From Anaerolineae bacterium (lineage in GTDB: Bacteria > Chloroflexota > Anaerolineae > Aggregatilineales > Phototrophicaceae): a stretch of 64,000 nt of DNA. The stretch covers positions 6,105-70,104 of the forward strand of contig DAOTVP010000088.1 in assembly GCA_034436155.1 (NCBI GenBank), in the 5' to 3' direction. This document shows, in pieces, positions 42,789-51,558 of this stretch. A program made the translations under genes and the position numbers. The number at the start of each line of letters is the position of its first letter. Within the stretch, counting starts at the first letter, position 1. The notes under the pieces are model-generated. The model made no database searches. It had not been told where the DNA came from and saw only the letters and a list, made by a program, of their open reading frames with translations.

Positions 42789-45722
42789 TCACCCCACATT
42801 GACCACCATCAGATAACCCGTTTGGTCTAAGAAATCGGCTAACACGGTCAACAATGCCACCTCATCGGGCGCGGATGTCAGGGTCACGCTCACCTCGCCA
42901 CGATCGGTATGGATGCCGATGCCTTTTTTGAGCGACCAACCCGCCTCGCGGATGAGCCGATTCGCCACCGATAAAATCGCTTGCTGATTCGGATGCGGAT
43001 GCACACTCAACGGGTAGCCCGTTTGTTGCGCCAATTCGTTCATCTCGGCGTGATAGCGCCCGCCTACTTGTGGCGAAATAAATGTTAACACGATGCCATT
43101 CCCCTTGAGCGAGGTTTTATACAACCCCTTATCGCCCAATTTCGCCCGTATCAGACCATAGGCGGCGTTGATCTCCATCTGCTTGCTGGTGATAGGTGCG
43201 TTTGATGGGCTAGGGGGGGCATTAGTCGCAGATGTGCTATTGCCCGTCACCAATTTGAAGCCCGTCAAATCCAGATACATCGCTTTGAGCGAGGCTAAAA
43301 TATCGGGCGTGATGTCGGCAATATCGGCAACCACTTCGCGCCGATCCATGTAATACGATGGCGATTTGACCAACCGCGCCCCTTTGGGCAACAATTCGTG
43401 CAGGGCTTCGCCGAGCGCCTGTTGATTGGTGGCGGGGGTCAGATGCACCTCCCAACCGGTCACCTCTTCGAGCTGGTCAATCAGGTTCATCCATTTATCG
43501 GGTGCGCGTTCTGGAAAATCAAACGTCAAAATGAGCCGTTTGCGATGCGCCTCCATGCCGACTTTTCGCAGTCGTGCTTCTGGCGGGAAGGTCTCTAATG
43601 CGATTTCGCGGGCGCGATTTTGCTCTACGGGTCCGTCTTGCAGGGCATATTTGGGCAATAAGCCGTCTGGTTCGAGTGTCGCCCCGTCTTGTGCCAATGC
43701 CCACACGATTGTCGCCAACGCCTCTAACCGATTCACCCCTTCGGGCAACGGATTGGGCAATAGTTGGTCGGGGATGACGGGCTTGGCATCCGCCACAAGG
43801 CGCTGACGGATATCCAACGGCAACACCGCATCTTGAATGGTCTTGATTTTGGTTGCCAGCGCGTTCAGTTGGCTTTTGAGCGGGACACCTTCGGCGCGTT
43901 CCCATGTGCCGATGACCCACAGGATCGCATCACCCGCATATTGTCGCCCCTTTGCGCCTTGCACTTCTGCCTCGAAACTATCCTCCCCCGCATTCACCAC
44001 CACCGCGATATGCGGACGATTATTCACATCGCGCAACACCACCAATTTGCCGACAATATCGGGATTTGCCAACATGATAGCACGACTGCGATTGGCTTTT
44101 TGGATTTGCGCCTCAGTTCGCACCTGAAACGTATCGTTGCGTCGCCAATCTTGGGTGAAATAGGGGCTATTCGCCAAAACGGAGATGACCTCACTCGCCC
44201 GTGTGCTATCGCCCCACCACATTTGTGCCAATTCGCGGGCGCTGAAAAAATTCCCCGCCTGACCTTTGAGCGATTCCCACAGCGCAAGCGGGTTCAACGC
44301 TTCCTTATTATCGCCCGATTTTATCCGCGCAATGCCCCACGGGCGCTTGGGAAAATTGAAGGTGATGGTCTGACCAATGCGCGGGGTCATGACATGCCGA
44401 CTGCGTTGGCGCAAGCGTGTGGCGAGGCTATGCCGTGCCGATGGATCGCCATGCACCAGCATGATTTCGCTCGCATCCATCGCTTCTGCCACGCTGACCA
44501 ATTCCGCTTCATCGGCGTGTGCCGAGAGCGAATAGGTATCTATCATACAGCGCACGGTGACGGGTTGCCCATCAATTTTGATGACCCCTGAATCTGCACC
44601 ATCGGCACGCGCTTTTATCAACCGTTGGAGCATTTTACCGGGCGCTTCTTCATCCTGATACCCCGTGAGGAAGATGGCATTTTGGGGATCTCCCGCCATT
44701 TTTTTGGCGTAGAGTGCCGATGCCCCGCCTGTGAGCATCCCGCTACTGGCGATAATCACGGCGGGCATCCCATCGTTCAGCATGGCATCGCGTTCTGCGT
44801 TGGATACAATTGCCTTCACTTTTTCGCGGAAAAACAGGTGTTTATCCCCCGCCATTTTCACACTGTTGGGCGGTAATAAATCGGTGAACGTGGCGTATCC
44901 ATTACACACCGAGCGCACCATGCCATCCACATATACAGGCACATCGAGCTGATCGCGATAGGCGAGGATGATTTGCAACACCTCCTGCGCCCGTCCGAGC
45001 GCGAAGGCGGGGATGAGCGCCTTGCCACCACCATCGGTCACGGCTTTGAGCGAGGCGATGATGCGTTTTTCTTCGGCATCGCGGTTGGCGTGCAGTTTTC
45101 CGCCATACGTGCTTTCGAGTACCAGCGCATCGGCTTTGATACGCGGGATTTTGGCGGGGACGACCGCCCGTTGTTGATTCAGCGACAGGTCTCCACTCAT
45201 CACCAGCGTGCCTTCTTCGCTCTCGAATACCAACATCGCCGCACCTGCGATATGCCCCGCGACATGATACGTGACTTGCAAGCCTTCGCCGAGATGAATC
45301 GGTTGGTTAAATTCCACCGTCTGAAAGGCATCCATCAACCGTTGGCTGGCGATTTCATCGAAAATCGGCAATTCGCCTTCTTCTTCGTGCTTCGATTTCA
45401 TGATGCGTTGGGCATCGGCTTGCAAAATGCGCGTCAAGACTTGTGTTGGGCGAGTCGCCAACACAGGGACGTGCGGATACTGTTCCACCACCAACGGCAA
45501 CGCGCCTGTGTGGTCGGTATGGGCATGGGTGACGAGCAGATAATCGAAGCCACCCATCGCCGAAATGGGTTGTAAATCGGGCAATTGGTCATTTTGGATG
45601 CCCCGATTCGTCTTGGGGGAGATGCGGATGCCGACATCCACCAAAATGCGTTTGCCCGCAATTTCGATGAGTGTGCTACTCGCGCCGACTTCATCCGCCC
45701 CGCCGAGAAATGTAATGTTCAT
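42789..45722 (-). CDS. MBL-fold beta-CASP nuclease (RNase J/CPSF-like core) with a C-terminal extension of about 510 aa and unknown function
   Basis: HAHTDH (aa 66-71), ESTYG, SAHAD and VHGD beta-CASP motifs within aa 1-455. aa 460-977 are unassigned and contain an internally duplicated module of about 125 aa. Confidence 0.85.
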   Translation of the reverse strand: MNITFLGGADEVGASSTLIEIAGKRILVDVGIRISPKTNRGIQNDQLPDLQPISAMGGFDYLLVTHAHTDHTGALPLVVEQYPHVPVLATRPTQVLTRILQADAQRIMKSKHEEEGELPIFDEIASQRLMDAFQTVEFNQPIHLGEGLQVTYHVAGHIAGAAMLVFESEEGTLVMSGDLSLNQQRAVVPAKIPRIKADALVLESTYGGKLHANRDAEEKRIIASLKAVTDGGGKALIPAFALGRAQEVLQIILAYRDQLDVPVYVDGMVRSVCNGYATFTDLLPPNSVKMAGDKHLFFREKVKAIVSNAERDAMLNDGMPAVIIASSGMLTGGASALYAKKMAGDPQNAIFLTGYQDEEAPGKMLQRLIKARADGADSGVIKIDGQPVTVRCMIDTYSLSAHADEAELVSVAEAMDASEIMLVHGDPSARHSLATRLRQRSRHVMTPRIGQTITFNFPKRPWGIARIKSGDNKEALNPLALWESLKGQAGNFFSARELAQMWWGDSTRASEVISVLANSPYFTQDWRRNDTFQVRTEAQIQKANRSRAIMLANPDIVGKLVVLRDVNNRPHIAVVVNAGEDSFEAEVQGAKGRQYAGDAILWVIGTWERAEGVPLKSQLNALATKIKTIQDAVLPLDIRQRLVADAKPVIPDQLLPNPLPEGVNRLEALATIVWALAQDGATLEPDGLLPKYALQDGPVEQNRAREIALETFPPEARLRKVGMEAHRKRLILTFDFPERAPDKWMNLIDQLEEVTGWEVHLTPATNQQALGEALHELLPKGARLVKSPSYYMDRREVVADIADITPDILASLKAMYLDLTGFKLVTGNSTSATNAPPSPSNAPITSKQMEINAAYGLIRAKLGDKGLYKTSLKGNGIVLTFISPQVGGRYHAEMNELAQQTGYPLSVHPHPNQQAILSVANRLIREAGWSLKKGIGIHTDRGEVSVTLTSAPDEVALLTVLADFLDQTGYLMVVNVG

Positions 45723-45737
45723 GTGTGGTTATGTTCC

Positions 45738-46070
45738 TTACTGTGATAATAAGTCTGCAATGGCTTGGCGCAGGACAGGAATTTCTGTTTCAATCGTGCG
45801 CCAAACCTGATTGATTTCGATGTCTTCATAATCATGGGTGATAACATCCCGAAACCCTGCGATATTGCGCCATGGGATATGCGGGTGGTTATCTGTAAAT
45901 TCTTTGCCTAATCGTTTGACGATTTCGCCAAGAATAGTAAAATTTCTGAGAACGGCATCTTGTGCCATTTCGGATGCAAAAAATACTTCTCGCCCATCTT
46001 GCGTGTATCGAATAATTTTATCAATGTGGGTGAGTAAATCATTCAAATACCCGCGCTGAATATCGTTCAT
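45738..46070 (-). CDS. hepT: HepT-like (DUF86, HEPN) RNase toxin
   Basis: 110 aa. RX4H motif FRDVITHDY, GEIVKRL helix. Confidence 0.82.
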   Translation of the reverse strand: MNDIQRGYLNDLLTHIDKIIRYTQDGREVFFASEMAQDAVLRNFTILGEIVKRLGKEFTDNHPHIPWRNIAGFRDVITHDYEDIEINQVWRTIETEIPVLRQAIADLLSQ

Positions 46071-46366
46071 AATGAGATTGCATCCTTGAGGATGTAGGGC
46101 GATAAATAGGGTTTAATCGCACGGTCACTAACCACATCTACAGCGCAATGGAGCAAATCTTGTAAATCTATGAGCAACCCTGCGCGGTCAAGTAGACTGG
46201 TCTGATTGTTGAACGCGACTAAAAAATCCACATCGCTATTTTCGGTGGCTTCACCTCTGGCGACACTGCCGAAAATGCGGACGTTGGTCGCGCCATGTTT
46301 TTGGGCAATCTGTAAAATTTGGTCGCGCATGGCGCGGAGTTGATTGAGTGTGTAGGGCATAATCAT
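46067..46366 (-). CDS. mntA: MNT-like nucleotidyltransferase antitoxin
   Basis: 99 aa. GSVARGEATENSDVDFLV (GSxxRG...DxD). ATGA overlap with hepT. Confidence 0.82.
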   Translation of the reverse strand: MIMPYTLNQLRAMRDQILQIAQKHGATNVRIFGSVARGEATENSDVDFLVAFNNQTSLLDRAGLLIDLQDLLHCAVDVVSDRAIKPYLSPYILKDAISL

Positions 46367-46640
46367 CTCACCTCATCGCATGTTTATCCCCATTATAACA
46401 TATCCGAGAGGTGTTTTGAGGCGTGTATGACTCAGTGTAGCGCAAATACGTTTTGACGAGGGCGTGCGCGTTCATCGTAATTGTCCTTTTGGATATGCTA
46501 AAAATTTACATCCTAGACTATCAGATAATCGCGCATTTGACCACCGAATTGATGAAAACCGGATTTACAGATACAATAAATAAAATCTGATAGTGAGGAG
46601 ATGATACTATGACCATTTTACCACTGTTACTGTTCGTGAT

Positions 46641-46874
46641 TTGCATTTATTGGGCAAAGACGACTTATTTCATCTGAATTATGCTACCCAAATGGGATGT
46701 GTATTATGTACTTATGATAGCGACTATTTGCAATTGGCATCACAAGGTATTGAACATGCGGGTGTTGTTTTTGACGTGTGGGATAAACATCGTGTGGGTG
46801 ATTGGATAAAAGTGCTCTCATTTATCTATGAGATTTTGATACCTGATGATATGCGGAATCGTGTTGAATATTGA
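46641..46874 (+). pseudogene. DUF5615-type PIN-like protein, N-terminally truncated
   Basis: ...GKDDLFHLNYATQMGCVLCTYDSDYLQLASQGIEHAGVVF fits the DUF5615 C-terminal half. In-frame TGA at 46602-46604 and no ATG for the missing N-terminus. Confidence 0.4.
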
Positions 46875-46880
46875 TCAGCT

Positions 46881-47794
46881 TTACTCTAATAATATCCCTC
46901 TCAACCGCGCCACTGCATCCGCGTTAAATCCCAAGCGTGACTCGGCATACGCTATCACCCCGCCATACTCGTCATCTAAATAATGGAACACTGCCCGCAT
47001 CGTATCGGGGTGGGCGGCTAATATCGGGAATAAATTGGCGCTATTCAGGTGCAAAAATGCCAATCGCTTTAACAACCGATGAGCGATCTGTTCGTAATGA
47101 TGATAAAAATGGTTGCTCTGGGTATAATCGGCGACAATCCGCTCCTCTGGCACGCCCAACAACGCCAATATCAACGCGACTATCACGCCTGTGCGGTCTT
47201 TGCCCGCCGTACAGTGGATGAGCATGGGATAATTCGCCTCATCGAGCATCAGGTGCATCATCCGTTTGATGGCGGGGGCGTTTTCTTCGAGGATGATGCT
47301 GGTATACAGTTGGGGCAATAATCCCTCTAATTTTCGTGGATTAAACAGCAACAACCATAACCGCTTGGCTTTATCGCCTTCGGTTGCCATGTTGAGTGTC
47401 TCGTGACGCACGCCGTCAAATCGCGGGTCGGGGTCGTTGATGATTTCGTCCTCACTCCGCAGATCGCATATCAGGCACGGTTGGAGCGCCGATAATGCCG
47501 TTTTGCCGTTGAGGGTGATATACGACAGGCTGGCGGAACGATACACCTTGCCCGTTTTCACGGTGTGATTATCCGATGTGGTCATCCCGCCGATGTCGCG
47601 CACATTCACAACCCCTTCGATGGGGATGAATTGCGTATTGGTGGGGATAATCAGGCTTTCGGGCGCGGGGTAGGGGATAGGTCGGCGCACACGCCACAGG
47701 GTGATGCCGATGAACAGCGCACACGCCACAGGGTGATGCCGATGAACAGCGCCAACGCCATGAGGATAATCAGGATGAGCCAGACAACAGTCAT
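46881..47794 (-). pseudogene. Membrane-anchored protein-tyrosine phosphatase (CX5R), frameshifted by a 32-bp tandem duplication
   Basis: Catalytic loop HCTAGKDRTG. The true ATG at 47794 encodes MTVVWLILIILMALALFIGITLWRV, then the frame is lost at the duplication and reading stops at TGA 47653-47651. The long ORF continues in a different frame. Confidence 0.7.
47686..47749. repeat. Perfect 32-bp tandem duplication
   Basis: cgcacacgccacagggtgatgccgatgaacag at 47686-47717 and again at 47718-47749. Confidence 0.95.
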
Positions 47795-47874
47795 TCACAC
47801 CTCCGTTTTGTTCAGTATAGCACAAACCGCAGGTTGTTGAGACACCGATTTCCCTACCGATTAGCATCATCCCT

Positions 47875-48756
47875 TCAATTTTGTGTGGATGCTGAACGCA
47901 ACATGACCGCCCGATAGATTATCACCCCAACAAAAGTTGCCCACAAGGGCATCAGCGCGAAAATACCATCATCACCATAAATCAGCGCAAATATCACCGC
48001 CATGCCGATCATTAATCCCATGCCTGCCCGCACACGCATGGGGTGGGGGTGGGTATTGGTTGCATCACACAGACAATCAAACCGCTTGATTGTCAGAATA
48101 TGAACTATAAATAGGACACTTATCCCCAGAATAATAAGCAATCCATCCCGCGCCACATCCACCAATCCTACATTTAGATAACGCCATATTGGGAGCATAA
48201 TCAACAGCATGGCGAATGAAAAGGTGTATCCCAACGGAGCGTGGTTTGGTAAATTGGCATCTAATAACAGGGCTATTGCTATTACTGCGCCGAAAATCCA
48301 TGCCTCTGTGAATAACATAGTGATAATACCGACACCGATTGCGATGATGTAATCGGGAATTTTGGCAGGAAAACCGACAATCCGATTTACAATTCGCACG
48401 ACTATTATCGCACCTATTAACGCCAGTAAATTGGGTGTGGCGAAAAATGCACCGATAGTCGCTAATCCGAGTGCGACGAATGCCGAATAGGGGGTGTCGG
48501 GGTCGATTTCTCGTGCCAGAATCCACGCTAATAGCGCACTGCCACCACCATAAAATCCTGCCACGATTGCCGACCCTAAATCGCCACCTGTTAGTAAGGT
48601 ATAGACACCCAAAATGATCCCCGCAATTGGTACAAGCACCATCAGCAAGCGGTGTGTTGGGTATACAAACGGGTTAAGCGGGCGTGATAGTGATGTGAAT
48701 TGATATATCAGGTTATTTTGCATCTTTTGCATCATGCCTATCCTAATTTTGTTCAA
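47875..48756 (-). CDS. Integral membrane protein, function unknown
   Basis: 293 aa, about 8 hydrophobic segments, no recognisable motif. Confidence 0.6.
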   Translation of the reverse strand: MNKIRIGMMQKMQNNLIYQFTSLSRPLNPFVYPTHRLLMVLVPIAGIILGVYTLLTGGDLGSAIVAGFYGGGSALLAWILAREIDPDTPYSAFVALGLATIGAFFATPNLLALIGAIIVVRIVNRIVGFPAKIPDYIIAIGVGIITMLFTEAWIFGAVIAIALLLDANLPNHAPLGYTFSFAMLLIMLPIWRYLNVGLVDVARDGLLIILGISVLFIVHILTIKRFDCLCDATNTHPHPMRVRAGMGLMIGMAVIFALIYGDDGIFALMPLWATFVGVIIYRAVMLRSASTQN

Positions 48757-48920
48757 AATTATTCTTCATGATTATACCCCCCATCGCTTAGGGATTTTTA
48801 AGGAGGTGGTGAATATTTAGCAATTTGGACGATGCTGAAGAGCCGATACTGATATACAGTCAATGATGAGCTATCTTGTGGTAGATACACCATAATATTC
48901 ACAATTTTCTCACCAAATCC

Positions 48921-48949
48921 TTGACAGAATGAAGACCACTTGCTATATT
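48921..48949 (+). promoter_or_regulatory. Sigma-70-like promoter upstream of the LacI-family gene
   Basis: TTGACA (48921-48926), 17-nt spacer, TATATT (48944-48949). Confidence 0.45.
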
Positions 48950-48951
48950 AT

Positions 48952-48967
48952 ATGTAAGGGCTTACAT
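48952..48967. promoter_or_regulatory. LacI-family-type palindromic operator 1
   Basis: ATGTAAGggCTTACAT with perfect 7-bp arms, directly after the -10 box. Confidence 0.55.
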
Positions 48968-49040
48968 TTTTGAGTGGCAAATACTCAAAAAATAAATAAA
49001 ATTCGTTATATTGTTCTTTTTTTTTTTTTAACAAACGTAA

Positions 49041-49054
49041 TGTAAGCGCCTACA
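49041..49054. promoter_or_regulatory. LacI-family-type operator 2 (one mismatch)
   Basis: TGTAAGCGCCTACA, 17 nt upstream of the regulator ATG. Confidence 0.5.
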
Positions 49055-49070
49055 AAAAGATGAGTTTATT

Positions 49071-50105
49071 ATGACCTTACAAAAAAATCTTGTCCAACCG
49101 ATTACGATTTACGATGTCGCACACGAAGCAGGGGTATCTGATGCGACCGTCTCACGGGTGTTCAATAATAAACCCGGTGTCAAAGAGGCAACCCGCAACA
49201 AAGTGCTGAGCGCCGCCCAAAAATTGGGATATGTGGTGAATATACAAGCACGTAGCCTCGCGGGGGGTAAATCGAATGTCATCGGGTTGCTCATCCCTGG
49301 TTTAGATAACGGTTATGTCATCGAAATCGTGCGCGGGGTAGACCAAGAATTGGCACGATCTGGATGTGAGCTGATGGTCTATACAACACATCGTTCAGGC
49401 AATAATAACGCCAATTATTTGCGCTATGTCGCCAATGGTCTGACGGAAGGCATTTTGTTGGTCGTGCCGTTGCTCTCGACAGAGTTTTTGACCGCGCTCG
49501 AAAATATCGGTTATCCATATGTGTTGATAGATGCGGTCAACATGCTTGGACATAGCCCGTCCGTCAATGCCACCAACTGGCAGGGGGCATACAAAGCCAC
49601 CGAATATCTCATCGAATTGGGGCATCGGCGCATCGGCTTCATCACAGGCATCCGCGAATTGAGTAGCGCCAAAGACCGCTATGACGGATTTATCACCGCC
49701 CTCAAAGATTATCAAATTCCCATCGAAGACAGGCTGATCGTCACAGGTGATTTTGGGCAAGAATCGGGTTATGTTGCCACGCGCCAATTATTGGCGTTAG
49801 ATGCGCCCCCAACGGCTATTTTTGCCTCGAATGATATGATGGCGTTTGGGGTTATGGATGCCGTGCGCGAGGCAGGCTTGAGCATCCCCCATGATATGTC
49901 GGTGATTGGCTTCGATGATATTCCACAAGCCGTCAACACCTATCCTAAATTGACAACTGTCCATCAGCCCCTCGAAGAAATGGGGCGGGTGGGGGTGAAA
50001 CTCTTATTAGAGCATATCGAAAATCCCGATACCCCACCGAAAAATATCGTGCTGGCGACACAATTGGTCATCCGTGACTCGTGCCAGTCTCTGCATCAGG
50101 AATAA
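49071..50105 (+). CDS. LacI-family transcriptional regulator
   Basis: N-terminal HTH ITIYDVAHEAGVSDATVSRVFNNKPGVKEATRNKVLSAAQKLGY, periplasmic-binding-like effector domain. Confidence 0.9.
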   Translation: MTLQKNLVQPITIYDVAHEAGVSDATVSRVFNNKPGVKEATRNKVLSAAQKLGYVVNIQARSLAGGKSNVIGLLIPGLDNGYVIEIVRGVDQELARSGCELMVYTTHRSGNNNANYLRYVANGLTEGILLVVPLLSTEFLTALENIGYPYVLIDAVNMLGHSPSVNATNWQGAYKATEYLIELGHRRIGFITGIRELSSAKDRYDGFITALKDYQIPIEDRLIVTGDFGQESGYVATRQLLALDAPPTAIFASNDMMAFGVMDAVREAGLSIPHDMSVIGFDDIPQAVNTYPKLTTVHQPLEEMGRVGVKLLLEHIENPDTPPKNIVLATQLVIRDSCQSLHQE

Positions 50106-50169
50106 TGCGTCATTTTGGCGCTTATTTACAAAAAACGTATCTATCGTTTACTTTTTAAGGAGTTGTACT

Positions 50170-51441
50170 ATGCGAACAAAGTTAGGTCTCTTTTTAATGG
50201 CGGTATTGATGATCGTTGTGTCATCGGTATCGGCACAAGAAAATGTCGTTGTCAGATGGTGGCACATCAGCACCAATCCACCCGAACAAGAATTTTGGCA
50301 AGTGATTGCCGATGAATTCATGGCAGCCAATCCCGGTGTGACCATCGAAATTACCGTGTTAGAAAACGAAGCCTTCAAAAGCCGTTTAGTCACCGTGATG
50401 CAATCGGGTGATGCGCCAGATTTATTCCAAAGCTGGGGCGGTGGTGTGTTGTGGCAATTTGCCCGTGCTGGTTTGTTGCGCGATATTTCGCCAGAACTGG
50501 ATGCCAACGATGGTGAATGGCGCAATTCGTTCAGCGCACAAGCCGCGTTAGCTCTGTACGGTCAAGGCGATGAAACCTATGGTGTGCCGTGGACGTGGGG
50601 CGCGGTCGGTATGTTCTATAACAAAGCCCTGTTTGAACAAGCCGGTCTGGATCCAGACAATCCCCCCGTCACTTGGGACGAGTTTGTCGCCACAATCGAA
50701 GCCCTCAAAGAAGCGGGCATCACCCCCATTTCGCTAGGTGGAAAAGACAAATGGCCCGGTCATTTCTGGTGGGTGTATTCGGCAATCCGTTTGGGTGGCG
50801 AAGAAGCCTTCTTGAATGCCTATAATCGTACTGGCTCGTTTGCAGATGAACCGTTTGTCAAAGCGGGTGAATATGTCAAATCGTTGGTCGATATGGGCGC
50901 GTTCCCCGAAAACTTCATGGGCTTGACCTATGGCGACCAATTCACCATCACCGCCAACGCGCAAGCCGCTATGGAACTCATGGGTCAATGGGCTCCGAGT
51001 TTATACGAAAATGCCGCCCCAGGTGTCTTGGGTGATAATTTGGGCTGGTTCCCATTCCCCGTCTTGCCCGATGGCGCGGGTAATCCAGATGATGTGTTAG
51101 GTGGTGGTGATGGCTTTGCGGTTGGCAAAAATGCTCCCGATGCCACCGTGGCGTTCTTACAATATATCACCAGCGTCGATGTCCAACGCCGTGCCGCCGA
51201 AATTTGGGTTATCCCAACCGTTGGTGCCGCCGAAGATGTGGTCACAGACAACCCCGTGTTTGCATCCATCATCGAAGCCCGTAACAATGCGCCTTACTTC
51301 CAACTGTATTACGACCAATTCCTGCCACCTGCATTGGGTAGTGAAGTCAATGATGCAGTCGAAGCATTGCTGGCTGGTTTGGCAACCCCACAAGAAACCG
51401 CCGAGCGCATTGAAGAAATGGCATCGTTTGAACTTGACTAA
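50170..51441 (+). CDS. Sugar ABC transporter substrate-binding protein (family 1)
   Basis: Start ATG 50170 after AAGGAG. Signal peptide MRTKLGLFLMAVLMIVVSSVSAQE. Confidence 0.88.
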   Translation: MRTKLGLFLMAVLMIVVSSVSAQENVVVRWWHISTNPPEQEFWQVIADEFMAANPGVTIEITVLENEAFKSRLVTVMQSGDAPDLFQSWGGGVLWQFARAGLLRDISPELDANDGEWRNSFSAQAALALYGQGDETYGVPWTWGAVGMFYNKALFEQAGLDPDNPPVTWDEFVATIEALKEAGITPISLGGKDKWPGHFWWVYSAIRLGGEEAFLNAYNRTGSFADEPFVKAGEYVKSLVDMGAFPENFMGLTYGDQFTITANAQAAMELMGQWAPSLYENAAPGVLGDNLGWFPFPVLPDGAGNPDDVLGGGDGFAVGKNAPDATVAFLQYITSVDVQRRAAEIWVIPTVGAAEDVVTDNPVFASIIEARNNAPYFQLYYDQFLPPALGSEVNDAVEALLAGLATPQETAERIEEMASFELD

Positions 51442-51558
51442 GACTTATCGTGACTGATAGGGAGAGAAGCATTCTTTAGAAGAGGGCAATCTTACAGAGG
51501 AATTGCTCCTCTCTCTACCCAACCACTATCCTTTTAGTTTACCAGAAGAAAACCCATT

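Noticed and set aside
43764-45575. 275-aa and 200-aa + strand ORFs
   Set aside because: Antisense shadows inside the beta-CASP nuclease gene, with low-complexity R/H/G-rich translations.
40831-46880. Integrated prophage or integrative element with integrase and att sites
   Set aside because: No integrase, recombinase or transposase ORF, no tRNA, and no flanking direct repeats that I could find. Only the compositional shift (40.85-42.78 kb) and the defence/TA content support foreign origin.
46881-47870. The 329-aa ORF taken at face value as an intact phosphatase
   Set aside because: Its first ~50 residues (MMLIGREIGVSTTCGLCYTEQ...HRHHPVACA) are an out-of-frame reading of the real N-terminus and of the upper copy of the 32-bp duplication. 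The real ATG is at 47794, in another frame.
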